The notes: generated by a model from the sequence alone, not told the origin. A stretch of DNA of 64,000 bases from Candidatus Poribacteria bacterium (GCA_965215265.1 OZ244048.1:2688001-2752000); one strand, 5' to 3'; counted from the first letter of the stretch, positions 10,277-20,406 are shown. Numbers and translations are program-made.

Positions 10277-10492
10277 CTAGCTTAAAAGTCCCAGAAAACA
10301 GTGATGTTTTATGCGACAACGGGAAAACGTTCCCCTTTTATATACCGCACGGGTTTTCTTCCATACCTATATTTGTGATAGAATAAAAAACCAATGCTGT
10401 TATACCCATTATATAGCAGTACCTCTGCGAGTTGTAGCTGCGGTGGCAATGCTAAAAGAACACTTTCACCTTTTTTGTAAAAGGTTATTTTA

Positions 10493-10521
10493 ATTATATC
10501 CTATAAAAAAGCGTTTGTCAC
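10493..10521 (-). promoter_or_regulatory. Sigma70-type promoter, copy 2 of the duplicated upstream module (10477-10584)
   Basis: Minus strand GTGACA-17nt-TATAAT; flanks are similar to 8961-9069. Confidence 0.65.
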
Positions 10522-11249
10522 GTTAAAATGAAAAAAAATGATGATTTTTGGGAAAAAGTGCTTTTTTTTGGCTTTTTTTCACTTTTTTTCAAAAAAAATG
10601 TGTATGTGAGGTAGCCTTTTGGGATGTGCGTGCATTTTGCACGCGTTTTGCACGACAAATTCGCACGTTTTCAGATAATGCGACAATGCACGCGAGCGGC
10701 TCTCTTTGTAAAGTGAACGTTTAGAAAGGGAAAATATTGTTACGAATCATAACAAGGCGTTTGGGTAAAAATGAAGGGGACGAAACTCTCAAACTTAAGG
10801 GGCCGAATCTGATACCGTAGCAGACCAGGTATTAGCATGCTTATCGGAACCCCAGGAACTTGAATCCGTAAAAAGCCGTCCAACCTCTAGACTCTTGGAG
10901 TGCTTTACACTCTCAGAGAAAGCACCGCGAATGTTAGAATCACTCTTAGACGTGACATCCATTTTTGAGGCAGATTTTTCACTTTTTTTGAATTTGGGGT
11001 TCACACGTTTTGCAGATGTTGGCCTTAAAGGCATTGGGCTCGGTGCCCCGTGCTAGACTTTACCCTCAATAAGCCACCGAGCAGTGATGACGTTGCATGT
11101 TGTCGGGGGGCAATCAAGACAACCTGAAGTGGACTGGAGGGCAGGGAACCATTCTTTTAAAAGAAACTTCTTCAAACGGTTTGATCTAACCCCTGTTTTT
11201 ACTGTTACGACATAGAAAGTGCCATGTTGTGACATTAGATACATCTCAT

Positions 11250-12236
11250 TTAGTGGTGGACAGATTGCTTCAGCCTGCTCCACAATGTCGCTTGTGTATT
11301 GACTGCAGGAGAAATAGACAGACTGAAAGCCGGAGGCACCCACGCAGGAAAACGATCTCTTGCAGGATGGTCGGTTAATCGGCGTGGTTTGCCACCCCTA
11401 GCACGGATGAGATAGATATTTGAATCTCGATTCAGGTTCCCCCATGGATTTTCAATTTCCGCTTCATAGGCAATCCACTGACCATCCGGGGACCATGCAG
11501 GATTCTCACACCAGATATTCTCCGGTGTCACCCGCCGGTCGTTTTGGCCTGCTGCATTTGTGATATAAATGCCGTTCCCTGCAATACCTAAAGTATAGCC
11601 AATCTGTTTTCCATCGGGTGACCATACAGGACTTCCTCCGCCCTGGTCCCTATGTATAACGCGTCTTGCCCGTTTTCCATCGGCCCTCATCACATGAATA
11701 TCGTTTCCTTCTTTTCTGGTGGAATAGAAAGCAATCTGATGTCCATCCGGAGACCAGGCTGGGTCTCTGTTGTATCCTATGTCTGTCAGTTGCTGCAGAT
11801 TTTCGCCGTTGACATTGATTTTATAGATGTTATACTGACCTGCTTGAATAGAAGTAAAGGCAATCCACTGACTATCCGGAGACCAATCGGGATCAATATC
11901 TGCTTCTGATGCTAGGTGGTTCGTTAATGGGCGGAGTTCCTTGTTATTCCTATTCATTAGATAAATTTTGCTATTCCCGCCTCGATTGGTGACATAAGCC
12001 ATCCATTGACCATCCGGAGAGTACGCAGGGGAATGGTCAGATGCGGGATGGTCTGTTAGGTTCTGGAGATTTTTGCCGTTTGTATCCATGATGTAGATGT
12101 CAAAATTTCCATCTCGCTCGGAACTGAAGGCAATATATGGAACATCAGATGCGTATATACAAAGGTTCACCGCGAGGCAGCAATGCCCGAATAGTAGCGT
12201 CGTCCTCAACACAATATAGGCAAGTTTTCCTTTCAT
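11250..12236 (-). CDS. TolB-like PD40 beta-propeller secreted protein
   Basis: Repeated PAWSPDG..IAF motifs; GGAGGAG SD before ATG 12236; C-terminal SISPAVNTQATLWSRLK tail. Confidence 0.9.
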   Translation of the reverse strand: MKGKLAYIVLRTTLLFGHCCLAVNLCIYASDVPYIAFSSERDGNFDIYIMDTNGKNLQNLTDHPASDHSPAYSPDGQWMAYVTNRGGNSKIYLMNRNNKELRPLTNHLASEADIDPDWSPDSQWIAFTSIQAGQYNIYKINVNGENLQQLTDIGYNRDPAWSPDGHQIAFYSTRKEGNDIHVMRADGKRARRVIHRDQGGGSPVWSPDGKQIGYTLGIAGNGIYITNAAGQNDRRVTPENIWCENPAWSPDGQWIAYEAEIENPWGNLNRDSNIYLIRARGGKPRRLTDHPARDRFPAWVPPAFSLSISPAVNTQATLWSRLKQSVHH

Positions 12237-12435
12237 TTTTATCTCCTCCAGGGATGCCATTCAGAAATAGCGGGTTTGGCTATAGATTGGTTGGGTTCCG
12301 CTGCACACTCAGAAACTCGATAAACAGAAATTGTCAAACAGGAAAGATACCTTAGTGCACAAACATAGATAACGAGTATTGTAGCATAGCAGTGCACCTA
12401 AATGATGAAGATTTCACTTCCTCTGTTCTTGGTAA

Positions 12436-12524
12436 TTCGTATATTTCAGCCCCATCAACGTCTAGGTAATCATAACTCGTGTGAAAATCTCGTCTGAGCC
12501 GTTCGATGTGTGGAAAATAAATAT
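12436..12524 (+). repeat. Dispersed ~90-bp repeat family, copy A
   Basis: TTCGTATATTTCAGC-29nt-TGTGAAAATCTCGTCTGAGCCGTTCGATGT. Confidence 0.85.
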
Positions 12525-12646
12525 GAATCATTCATTGTTATCCTCATATCGTGGTTGATAACCTAATTCAAGTTTGCACAAGTGTGGTAGGTGTCAGGTT
12601 ATTTTCAAACGGGTGGTTAACAACTGCAAGTTGACGCGATTCTGTC

Positions 12647-13204
12647 TCATCGGCCGTTAAATCGATTCATCGCAGTCAGAATGCCTTCACAGACAAAAGT
12701 TTCAATGGCTTCAGCTGCGCGATGCATAGCGCCTTGGATTTCTGGCAGCTCGGAATCTGAAAATTCGCTGAGGACGTAGTCGACTTGAGAACCGATAGGC
12801 TCCCCGATACCGATTCGCAAACGTGGAAACTCGGTTGTTTGTAGACAATGGATGATAGACTTCATGCCGTTATGTCCACCGTCGCTCCCCTTTCCCCGTA
12901 TCCGAATCACCCCGATATCCAAGTGTATGTCATCGTAGACGACACAGATGTCTGTGAGCGGGACTTTTAACCTCTTCACGATTGCAGCGACAGCTGCCCC
13001 ACTGTTATTCATGTACGTTAAGGGCTTAGCGAGAAGTAAGCGGATGTCGTGCCACTGCGCTTGTATAACAAGTGAGTTATAGCGCGAGATGACAGCATCC
13101 GATTTCACCTTTTCGCAGACTGCGTCAATAACGCGAAACCCAATGTTATGTTTGGTGTCTTCGTAGCGCGGCCCAGGATTACCCAGCCCGACTATCAATT
13201 TCAC
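12647..13204 (-). CDS. pth: Peptidyl-tRNA hydrolase
   Basis: LIVGLGNPG, HNIGF, KPLTYMNNSG, GGHNG. Confidence 0.97.
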   Translation of the reverse strand: MKLIVGLGNPGPRYEDTKHNIGFRVIDAVCEKVKSDAVISRYNSLVIQAQWHDIRLLLAKPLTYMNNSGAAVAAIVKRLKVPLTDICVVYDDIHLDIGVIRIRGKGSDGGHNGMKSIIHCLQTTEFPRLRIGIGEPIGSQVDYVLSEFSDSELPEIQGAMHRAAEAIETFVCEGILTAMNRFNGR

Positions 13205-13224
13205 AAGTTTATCTCTCCGCGTTG

Positions 13225-13809
13225 TTAAAATCGCAGCGGCTGTGAAAGATTCACATGCCCAGCAAGCGTCTCCACTGGATTGCCATCAATCAGAAACTGT
13301 ACCTGTTTAATGTCTGCCGGAAATGCATCAAAGACGGTTTTAAGAATGGCAGTCACCGTCAGAAATTCTGCATGCGTACCACCGATATGTCCCTCACTGA
13401 GATGCTGTGAAAAGTCCAAATACGCAGTGCCTTGGTTGTCAATGTATACTTCGTGGACCAAGGTCCCCCTCGGAATCGGATTTCTAAACCGTGGCGGGAC
13501 TGCTTCAATTAGGGCCGTGACTATCTGTTTGAGACGTTTAATATCCCCCGGAAAAAGGCGCAGATCCACTTTAACAGGTACAAGTTTAAAAGTATCGGAT
13601 TCTAAGAGAAATAGGTTTACGTTTTGTGAGGGTGGCGTAGCTTGAGGCCTAGCTGCTGCCGGTAGTGGAGGAGGGGGCAGCGGCATTGCAGGCTGCTTGG
13701 ATTGGGAAATCAGATAAAACGTGACAACGAGCCCAATCCCGACGATAATTAAGGTGATACCCCATATCCCTAAAAGACGGGAAAAACCAGCACTGTTTGA
13801 AGACCACAT
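13225..13809 (-). CDS. GerMN domain membrane protein
   Basis: TM helix, Pro-rich linker, IPRGT..AYLDFS..VQFLIDG..ETLAGHV; start codon uncertain. Confidence 0.85.
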   Translation of the reverse strand: MWSSNSAGFSRLLGIWGITLIIVGIGLVVTFYLISQSKQPAMPLPPPPLPAAARPQATPPSQNVNLFLLESDTFKLVPVKVDLRLFPGDIKRLKQIVTALIEAVPPRFRNPIPRGTLVHEVYIDNQGTAYLDFSQHLSEGHIGGTHAEFLTVTAILKTVFDAFPADIKQVQFLIDGNPVETLAGHVNLSQPLRF

Positions 13810-13834
13810 TCGTTTCCACCATACATTCTGAAGA

Positions 13835-15073
13835 TTACTCGCGCGGAATTGAAGCCAAATATGTCTGTATCGCGCGGACAATTGCCTTGCCTACTTCTGT
13901 ACTATATTCAGGGCTTGACAGTCTGGCTAAGTCATCCACATGAGTCAGATAGCCTAGTTCCACAAGCACAGCCGGCATATAGGCTTTCGACAATGCAGTT
14001 AATGGTAATTGCTCAATCATCACAGGATTTTCTGTTAGGAACCCCAATTCCTTTTGCAATACCTTAGCGAATTCTTGACTCTGTTTGAGGAAATTAGTTT
14101 GGACAAGCGTTTGCAACCGTTTTCCTGTCAACGTCAGATTCTCTGCTGTTGGAAAACGGAGCTGTCCGTTTGGGTTATTCAGGTAAATTCGTATACCGCT
14201 CTCGTTAGGCGAAAAAGATGCGTTGCAGTGTAAACTAATGAAGAGCTTGCCTTGGTTTCGGTTGGCAATTTGAATCCGTTCCAGTTGCGTCTTTTTCACA
14301 TCCGCATCACGTGTCAGGTAAACCTCGAATCCCTTTTTTTTGCTAAGAAAGAGAAGTTCTTGCGCGAGCGCGAGCACAATGTCTTTTTCAAAGATACCCG
14401 TGTTGCTTTCACAGCCGCGGTCGTTGAGGCCACCGTGTCCCGCATCTATGATGACAATCCATTCTTGAGAAGTATTGCCTTCGGTAGGTTCCCAGACAGT
14501 TTTGGGCATGAACCGTACCCGCTTCAAATTCGGATTGTAAAGCACATCAACGTCATCCAGTTCCGGTAGGACTTCCATAAAAAAAGCAATAGGCAACATC
14601 GGTTGCCCTTGGATAACGCGTGCGGGTTCAGAAAGTGTGAGTGTCCGTTTGCCGCCATCAATACTGACAGCCGGTTTCTCTATCTGCAAACGGAGCTGTT
14701 TGCCCTTAATTTTGAGCGTGAGCCGTTTTCTAGGCGTGTTATATTGCGTCGTCATCTCCGCATCGAAAACGGCTTTCACTGTATCAACGGGGAGGTAAAT
14801 CCGTTCATCATAAAGGTGAATTGGCACATCAGCAAGTGTTTTGCCGGCAGCGTCAATGAAACGGACTGAGGGTTCCTGCCCGAGGCTCCTGAATGCTACA
14901 AACACCACGAAAATTCCTAAAAAAAAGAGCCGAGGGCATAGGCACAGCCGGAGTACACGTTCTGAGCGTGAAACTAAAATCCGGAATATACACCTAAAAG
15001 ACTTCAGCGAGTCACGCAATCGGATACTCATGCCAAACCCTCTAAATAAACCCGAATACGGGACGCGTTTCAA
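13835..15073 (-). CDS. N-acetylmuramoyl-L-alanine amidase (Amidase_3) with N-terminal stalk-like domain
   Basis: IIDAGHGG, EKDI, FISLHCNA, PAVLVELGY; start codon uncertain. Confidence 0.9.
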   Translation of the reverse strand: MKRVPYSGLFRGFGMSIRLRDSLKSFRCIFRILVSRSERVLRLCLCPRLFFLGIFVVFVAFRSLGQEPSVRFIDAAGKTLADVPIHLYDERIYLPVDTVKAVFDAEMTTQYNTPRKRLTLKIKGKQLRLQIEKPAVSIDGGKRTLTLSEPARVIQGQPMLPIAFFMEVLPELDDVDVLYNPNLKRVRFMPKTVWEPTEGNTSQEWIVIIDAGHGGLNDRGCESNTGIFEKDIVLALAQELLFLSKKKGFEVYLTRDADVKKTQLERIQIANRNQGKLFISLHCNASFSPNESGIRIYLNNPNGQLRFPTAENLTLTGKRLQTLVQTNFLKQSQEFAKVLQKELGFLTENPVMIEQLPLTALSKAYMPAVLVELGYLTHVDDLARLSSPEYSTEVGKAIVRAIQTYLASIPRE

Positions 15074-15078
15074 TAGTT

Positions 15079-15759
15079 TTAGTTATCTTCCTCGTTGTCA
15101 TCCCGTCTACGAGAAATGACTTCAGGCTCAGTAGGCTCATCAGCCTCTACCTCACCCTCTTCACCTTCTTCACCCTCTTCTGTCTCTGTTAATTCAAGTT
15201 GTACGCGTGGTTCGTTTACCGCCGCGACAATCCGTTGCATTTCATCTATCACCGTAATTTCTTCATCAAACGTCAAATCGCTTACGTGGAGAATATCACC
15301 GATTTCCAACGTGCTCACATCAACAACTTTCTCGCTCGGCATCTGCATCGGCAAACAGCGAAGAGTCAATTGGCGGAGCGAAGTCTCAAGGATGCCACCG
15401 TTTTGGACTCCGGCAGGCGTACCTTGCAAAACTATAGGTACCGTTGAGGTCACAGGTTCATCCAACGCAATTCTGATAAAATCCACATGTAGCAGCATCT
15501 GCTTATCTACTGGATGCCGTTGAATCTCTTTGATAATGACAGTTTCCGAATTTCCCTTGGGAACTTCCATATTAATGATGACGTTTTCACCGTGGGTCCG
15601 GAGGAACTGTTTGAAAATCCGTGTGTTAAGCTGAATTGACACGCTGTCTTGTCCACGTCCATATAAGACTGCGGGAAAATCACCTGCTCGGCGCAGTTCA
15701 CGAGAACTCTGTTTCCCGAAACTGTGTCGTTGCTGGACTTCTAATTTTGCTTGTTGCAT
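15079..15759 (-). CDS. rplY: 50S ribosomal protein L25/Ctc
   Basis: LRRAGDFPAVLYG, IQRHPV..LHVDF, acidic tail. Confidence 0.96.
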   Translation of the reverse strand: MQQAKLEVQQRHSFGKQSSRELRRAGDFPAVLYGRGQDSVSIQLNTRIFKQFLRTHGENVIINMEVPKGNSETVIIKEIQRHPVDKQMLLHVDFIRIALDEPVTSTVPIVLQGTPAGVQNGGILETSLRQLTLRCLPMQMPSEKVVDVSTLEIGDILHVSDLTFDEEITVIDEMQRIVAAVNEPRVQLELTETEEGEEGEEGEVEADEPTEPEVISRRRDDNEEDN

Positions 15760-16085
15760 GATGTTAGGATTCCGATACCTTCCTTACAAGGACTCGTTTA
15801 TGAACGTTAGTTCTCGGGCTCATAGAAGCATATTAGGCAAGATTTTTCGAGGGTGGAATTTGGCTGGAATTCTGTAACGCCGTCAATCACGCGTTTTTAT
15901 ACCAACAGTTTTTCGTAGAAGGAGAGATTTTCTTTCGAAAAATCCTGATTAATATACGCCGACACCCCATCCCAGTTTTTGACGTATGCCGGGGTTTCTC
16001 GAGGATACCTCCTAAAAACTGAAAAACACCTTCTCTGTTCGCAGGATGCAAACCCGGCTGCAAGTTTAAAGATTAAAAGGGAAAA

Positions 16086-16157
16086 CAGGGCGGGTAGGAT
16101 TCGAACCTACGCATGCAGGTTCCAAAGACCTGTGCCTTACCGCTTGGCCACCGCCCT
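16086..16157 (-). tRNA. tRNA-Gln(UUG), CCA not encoded
   Basis: AGGGCGG acceptor stem pairing with CCGCCCT; D arm; anticodon arm CAGGT-CTTTGGA-ACCTG; T arm GTAGG-TTCGAAT-CCTAC; sits after ispE as is typical. Confidence 0.96.
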
Positions 16158-16243
16158 TTAATCAAATTTGAAGCAGGTGTATATGAGACTGCTAAGACTG
16201 AAACATCAGAACGCTTCCAAACTGCAAACCTATGAACCCTACT

Positions 16244-17149
16244 TTACACAATAGACACACCAACTGGACTTGTTGCTGTTATTGTGCAGAAATGCACTCT
16301 CTTTTTGAAATAGGATTCACGCTGTTGTGCCGCGCCCATATCGCTCATCAGTCCAAACACTGTGCCACCGCTTCCCGACATCAGCGCACCGGAACATCCT
16401 ACCTGTGCGGACAGTTCGTTTTTTAACGTGGCGATTTCGGGATATTTGGAAAACACCGGCACCTCAAGGCGATTGTATAGACGCGCCCCAATGCGACCGC
16501 TTTCACCTTTTTCTAAGTATGTCTTTATAATTATACCCTCTTTTTGCTGCTTTGTCAAGAAAAAATTTGAATTTTTTGTATCGTGATGCAATTTCAGACT
16601 TTTGAAGACTTCTGCAGTAGAAATAGTGATACCCGGATTTAACAGCAGAATCGGCGTATTAGCAAGCGCGGGGAGCGGCGTTAAAATATCGCCGACCCCG
16701 CTGCCCCACGCCGCACCACCATGCAGACAGAACGGCACATCTGCACCCAATTGTACACCGAGACACATCAAAGCATCTTGCGGCATACCTAAACCGAATA
16801 ATTCATTCAGACCTTGAAGCACAGCAGCAGCGTTCGCGCTACCACCTGCAAGCCCCGCCGCTACAGGGATGCTTTTGTGAATCTCAATTGCTATCCCACC
16901 AATTCCACCGACGGCATCGCTAAGAGACTGCACTGCACGATAGGCAAGATTCCGCGAATTACACGGCACTCCCGGATGGTCGCAGTGAACCGTTATTCCG
17001 CTCGAAGCCTGTTTCCGGATGATGACATCGTCGTGCAACCCGATTGAATGAAAAACTGTTTCGAGTTGGTGGTAACCATCGGCGCGCCTCCCTACTACAT
17101 TTAGATAGAGATTAATTTTAGCATGGGCTCGAAGCCGCAAAGTGTTCAT
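16244..17149 (-). CDS. ispE: 4-diphosphocytidyl-2-C-methyl-D-erythritol kinase
   Basis: AKINLYL..DGYH, IPVAAGLAGGSANAA, GADVPF, MSGSG. Confidence 0.97.
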   Translation of the reverse strand: MNTLRLRAHAKINLYLNVVGRRADGYHQLETVFHSIGLHDDVIIRKQASSGITVHCDHPGVPCNSRNLAYRAVQSLSDAVGGIGGIAIEIHKSIPVAAGLAGGSANAAAVLQGLNELFGLGMPQDALMCLGVQLGADVPFCLHGGAAWGSGVGDILTPLPALANTPILLLNPGITISTAEVFKSLKLHHDTKNSNFFLTKQQKEGIIIKTYLEKGESGRIGARLYNRLEVPVFSKYPEIATLKNELSAQVGCSGALMSGSGGTVFGLMSDMGAAQQRESYFKKRVHFCTITATSPVGVSIV

Positions 17150-17161
17150 TATTTTATCACA

Positions 17162-18037
17162 CTACGGGGCATCAGTTTCAGCGTATGTCGACAAATGGAT
17201 AATTTCAACATCGCCTTCCAAGTATCGTGTAGTGTCAAACTTGCTGTCCTTAATGTCAACGTTCAGTTGTACTTTGGCAATTTTCACCTCAACCCGCGTC
17301 TGCTCAAGAGGACGTTCAATCTCAACCGTGTGAGGACGGAGGATGCCGCCAATCTCGCGATAGTCGGAAAAAGCAGCACGTTGATGTAGCCTGCCAACGT
17401 TGTCTTCTATGCGCCATTCCGTTACGTGCGGTTCCCCGTCATGCACAAAGACAGTTATCGTTTCTACATCGCCCTCTTGAACACCCGGGCGCGTGACGAC
17501 GAACTTCGCCCCAGAACTCCCAACCGTCAGTTGATCGGTCCGTTTGTCAAGGAATGGGTTCGCGAAAATGGCGCTCAGCACATCTGAAACGCGAAGATCC
17601 ATGCCGAAAATTTCACGCAAGACACCATCTGATAAATCTCCTACGTATACTTTCTGCTCGTTAATTAATGAGAGGAGGAATTGGTTATTATCTTGGTTGG
17701 CTATTGCAACCCCGCGCGGTTCATTGAACGCGCCTAACGCTTGGATATGGAGCAACTCACCACCGCTATCTGATTTTTTATACCACAGCGATTCGCGAAG
17801 TTCCTCACGCTGCTCCCCTTCTTCAATCGTGACCGTCATCTTTGTAATTTTTAAAGAGCCTGTCAGATTGTATCTCGCTTGCAAGGTGTTGAGAATGGGC
17901 GTTAATTGCTCAATAGGTACGGACGACAATTGGACATTAGCCGTGGTACCCCCACAGCCGATGAACACAACCATTGTCTGAATCAGGAACAGCAGACGCA
18001 AAGGCAACTTCATGAAGCAGTGAGCCATAAAAACCAT
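17162..18037 (-). CDS. Lipoprotein, DUF4292/LolB-like
   Basis: FIGC lipobox; LolA/LolB-like C-terminus (FSDYREIGGILRPHTVEI); occupies the usual lolB position upstream of ispE. Confidence 0.65.
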   Translation of the reverse strand: MVFMAHCFMKLPLRLLFLIQTMVVFIGCGGTTANVQLSSVPIEQLTPILNTLQARYNLTGSLKITKMTVTIEEGEQREELRESLWYKKSDSGGELLHIQALGAFNEPRGVAIANQDNNQFLLSLINEQKVYVGDLSDGVLREIFGMDLRVSDVLSAIFANPFLDKRTDQLTVGSSGAKFVVTRPGVQEGDVETITVFVHDGEPHVTEWRIEDNVGRLHQRAAFSDYREIGGILRPHTVEIERPLEQTRVEVKIAKVQLNVDIKDSKFDTTRYLEGDVEIIHLSTYAETDAP

Positions 18038-18041
18038 TCTG

Positions 18042-19247
18042 CTACAAAACCTCGCCCATCGATTTCTCTACGATATTAACGGCTTCTTCTACATGCCCGG
18101 TGTTGATATTGAGAGGCGGTAAAAACCGAAGAACGTAATCATTCGTGCATATTGTCACCAAACCGTTTTCAATACACTTTGCAGCAAGCGGTTTGGCATC
18201 AACCTCCATGACGAGCCCGCGCAGCAAACCTTTCCCGCGAACCTCTTTGACTGGATACTTGCCCTTGAGTTCCATCAAACCACCTGCAAGATAGTTCCCC
18301 ATTTTAACAGCATTCACCGCAAGATTCTCTTTTAAAATAGTTTCGACTGTGGCCGCTGCAGCCGCCGTCACCAACGGATTACCCCCAAAGGTAGCAGCGT
18401 GCGTGCCAGGCACAAAACTCTCGGCAATTTTTCTCTTCGCTAACATCGCACCAATTGGCACGCCACTCCCGAGCGCCTTTGCCATGGTGATTACGTCCGG
18501 AATAACCCCATAACTCTCGTATCCAAAGAAGGTACCGAGGCGCCCCATCGCGGTTTGAACCTCGTCGAAAATTAGCAATAGATTATTCCGATCGCATAGT
18601 TCACGCAAACCCTGCAGATACCCGTCACTCGGAACGTTGACACCGCCTTCTGACTGAATCGGTTCAACTAAGATGGCGCACGTCTTTTCACTGAGCACGG
18701 CTTCGGTTGCCGCCAGCTCGTCAAAGGGCACATACTTAAAGCCCTCAAGCATCGGCTCAAACCCTACGTGGTACTTCGTCTGTGCTGTCGCTGTAATTGT
18801 CGCCATCGTTCGCCCATGGAACGAATTCTCCATCGTGATAATTTCATAAGCCGACGTTCTACCGCTGTCTTTAGCATACTTACGCGCTAATTTTATCGCC
18901 GCTTCATTCGCCTCCGCACCACTATTGCAGAAAAAGCACTGGTCCATATCCGAGTTATCAATGAGCATTTTCGCGAGTTCTGCCTGCTGTTGAATGTAGT
19001 AGAGATTGGACGTGTGCAATAGTTTGCCTGACTGTTCGCGGATAGCAGCAACAACGTTAGGATGGCAATGCCCTAAGCCGTTGACAGCGAGCCCACCTAA
19101 GAAATCAAGGTACTTCTTGCCATCCGCATCCCAGAGATAGGGGCCCTCGCCTTTGACGAAGGCAAGATTTCTTTCCCCATACGTGTTGATGATGTACTCC
19201 GTCGCCATCGCTTTAATCTCGGCTGTTGTCATAAATTTTTCCTCCAT
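18042..19247 (-). CDS. argD: Acetylornithine aminotransferase
   Basis: NSGAEANEAAIK, FHGRT, DEVQT, TMAKALG. Confidence 0.93.
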   Translation of the reverse strand: MEEKFMTTAEIKAMATEYIINTYGERNLAFVKGEGPYLWDADGKKYLDFLGGLAVNGLGHCHPNVVAAIREQSGKLLHTSNLYYIQQQAELAKMLIDNSDMDQCFFCNSGAEANEAAIKLARKYAKDSGRTSAYEIITMENSFHGRTMATITATAQTKYHVGFEPMLEGFKYVPFDELAATEAVLSEKTCAILVEPIQSEGGVNVPSDGYLQGLRELCDRNNLLLIFDEVQTAMGRLGTFFGYESYGVIPDVITMAKALGSGVPIGAMLAKRKIAESFVPGTHAATFGGNPLVTAAAAATVETILKENLAVNAVKMGNYLAGGLMELKGKYPVKEVRGKGLLRGLVMEVDAKPLAAKCIENGLVTICTNDYVLRFLPPLNINTGHVEEAVNIVEKSMGEVL

Positions 19248-19272
19248 CTATGCTATGAATCAATATACGTAA

Positions 19273-20406
19273 TTACCAATTGGTATAGGCACCATCATCG
19301 CGTCTATAGCCTGTCGGGGCACCGTAATCCTGTGTTGATACATTTGCGAATGCTTCTTCGTTGAATTCAATACCGAGCCCTGGGGCTTCGGGAGGCAAGA
19401 GATGTCCAGATTCAAACGGAACCTGCACCGGGAATATATCCGTCAGATCAGACATCGGGGCACGCGGTAATTCTTGGACACCGACCAGGGAAGATGACAA
19501 ACACAGATGCAGACACGCAGCAGCAGAAACCGGACCCAAAGGGTTGTGGGGCGCGAGATGGATGTAGTGCGTTTCACACCAACCAGCGATTTTCTTCGCT
19601 TCTGTCAATCCACCAACTATACATACATCAACGCGACAGTAATCCATCAGTTCTTCTTCAATCACTGGACGGAAGGTCCATTTGCTATCAAATTGCTCAC
19701 CCACAGCCAGCGGGACTCTCGTCTGCTGCCGAAGACGCCTGAGACTGCCTGCATTCTCACTACGGAGCGGATCTTCAATGAAAAACGGATGGTACGCTTC
19801 AACTTTGTTGCAGAATTCAAGGCTGTCTGCAGGATCTAGCCGGGTATGTACGTCAACCAGAATTTCAACATCATCGCCTAACGCAGCACGAACTGCCTGA
19901 ACCTCCTCAATGCCGAACTGCACCGCACGTCTGGGTTCAAACGTACCGCTACCAGTCCGATCTGCCAAGCCCCACCGGACGAATTTCCAACCGGCTTCCT
20001 GGGTGCGACGGCAATTTTCAACCAGTGCATCAAGCGAGCTGCCGCCGTTGTGCGGATAACAGACCACTTTATCACGTGTCCGCCCGCCTAAGAGCTCATA
20101 AACAGGAACATTGAGGGCCTTCCCTTTGATGTCCCATAAGGCAATATCAACGGGACTCACAGCAGCCGATTGGACGACACCCCCCGGAAAAAAGCCGCCA
20201 CGGAACATCACTTGCCACAAGTGCTCAATCCGAAACGGATCTGCGCCGATTAGAAACGGTTCAAACGAACGAACAACCTCTGCCAGCACGACGGAACGCC
20301 GTCTTAATCCACCTTCACCCATGCCGTATATACCAGCATCCGTTTCTATCTTAACAAAAAAATGGCCCGATGCTGACACAAACGATTTTATTTTTGTGAT
20401 TTTCAT
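19273..20406 (-). CDS. Mandelate racemase/galactonate dehydratase-like enolase
   Basis: DIALWDIKGK, LVDVHTR, FIEDP, GEQ, APHNPLGP. Confidence 0.9.
   Translation of the reverse strand: MKITKIKSFVSASGHFFVKIETDAGIYGMGEGGLRRRSVVLAEVVRSFEPFLIGADPFRIEHLWQVMFRGGFFPGGVVQSAAVSPVDIALWDIKGKALNVPVYELLGGRTRDKVVCYPHNGGSSLDALVENCRRTQEAGWKFVRWGLADRTGSGTFEPRRAVQFGIEEVQAVRAALGDDVEILVDVHTRLDPADSLEFCNKVEAYHPFFIEDPLRSENAGSLRRLRQQTRVPLAVGEQFDSKWTFRPVIEEELMDYCRVDVCIVGGLTEAKKIAGWCETHYIHLAPHNPLGPVSAAACLHLCLSSSLVGVQELPRAPMSDLTDIFPVQVPFESGHLLPPEAPGLGIEFNEEAFANVSTQDYGAPTGYRRDDGAYTNW

Noticed and set aside
10625-10695. Clustered GCACG motifs upstream of the lipoprotein promoter
   Set aside because: Short and irregularly spaced; no regulator can be assigned
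10795-11243. Short ORFs 10795-11034 and 11053-11243
   Set aside because: No recognisable family or clear SD; may be decayed gene remnants but cannot be supported
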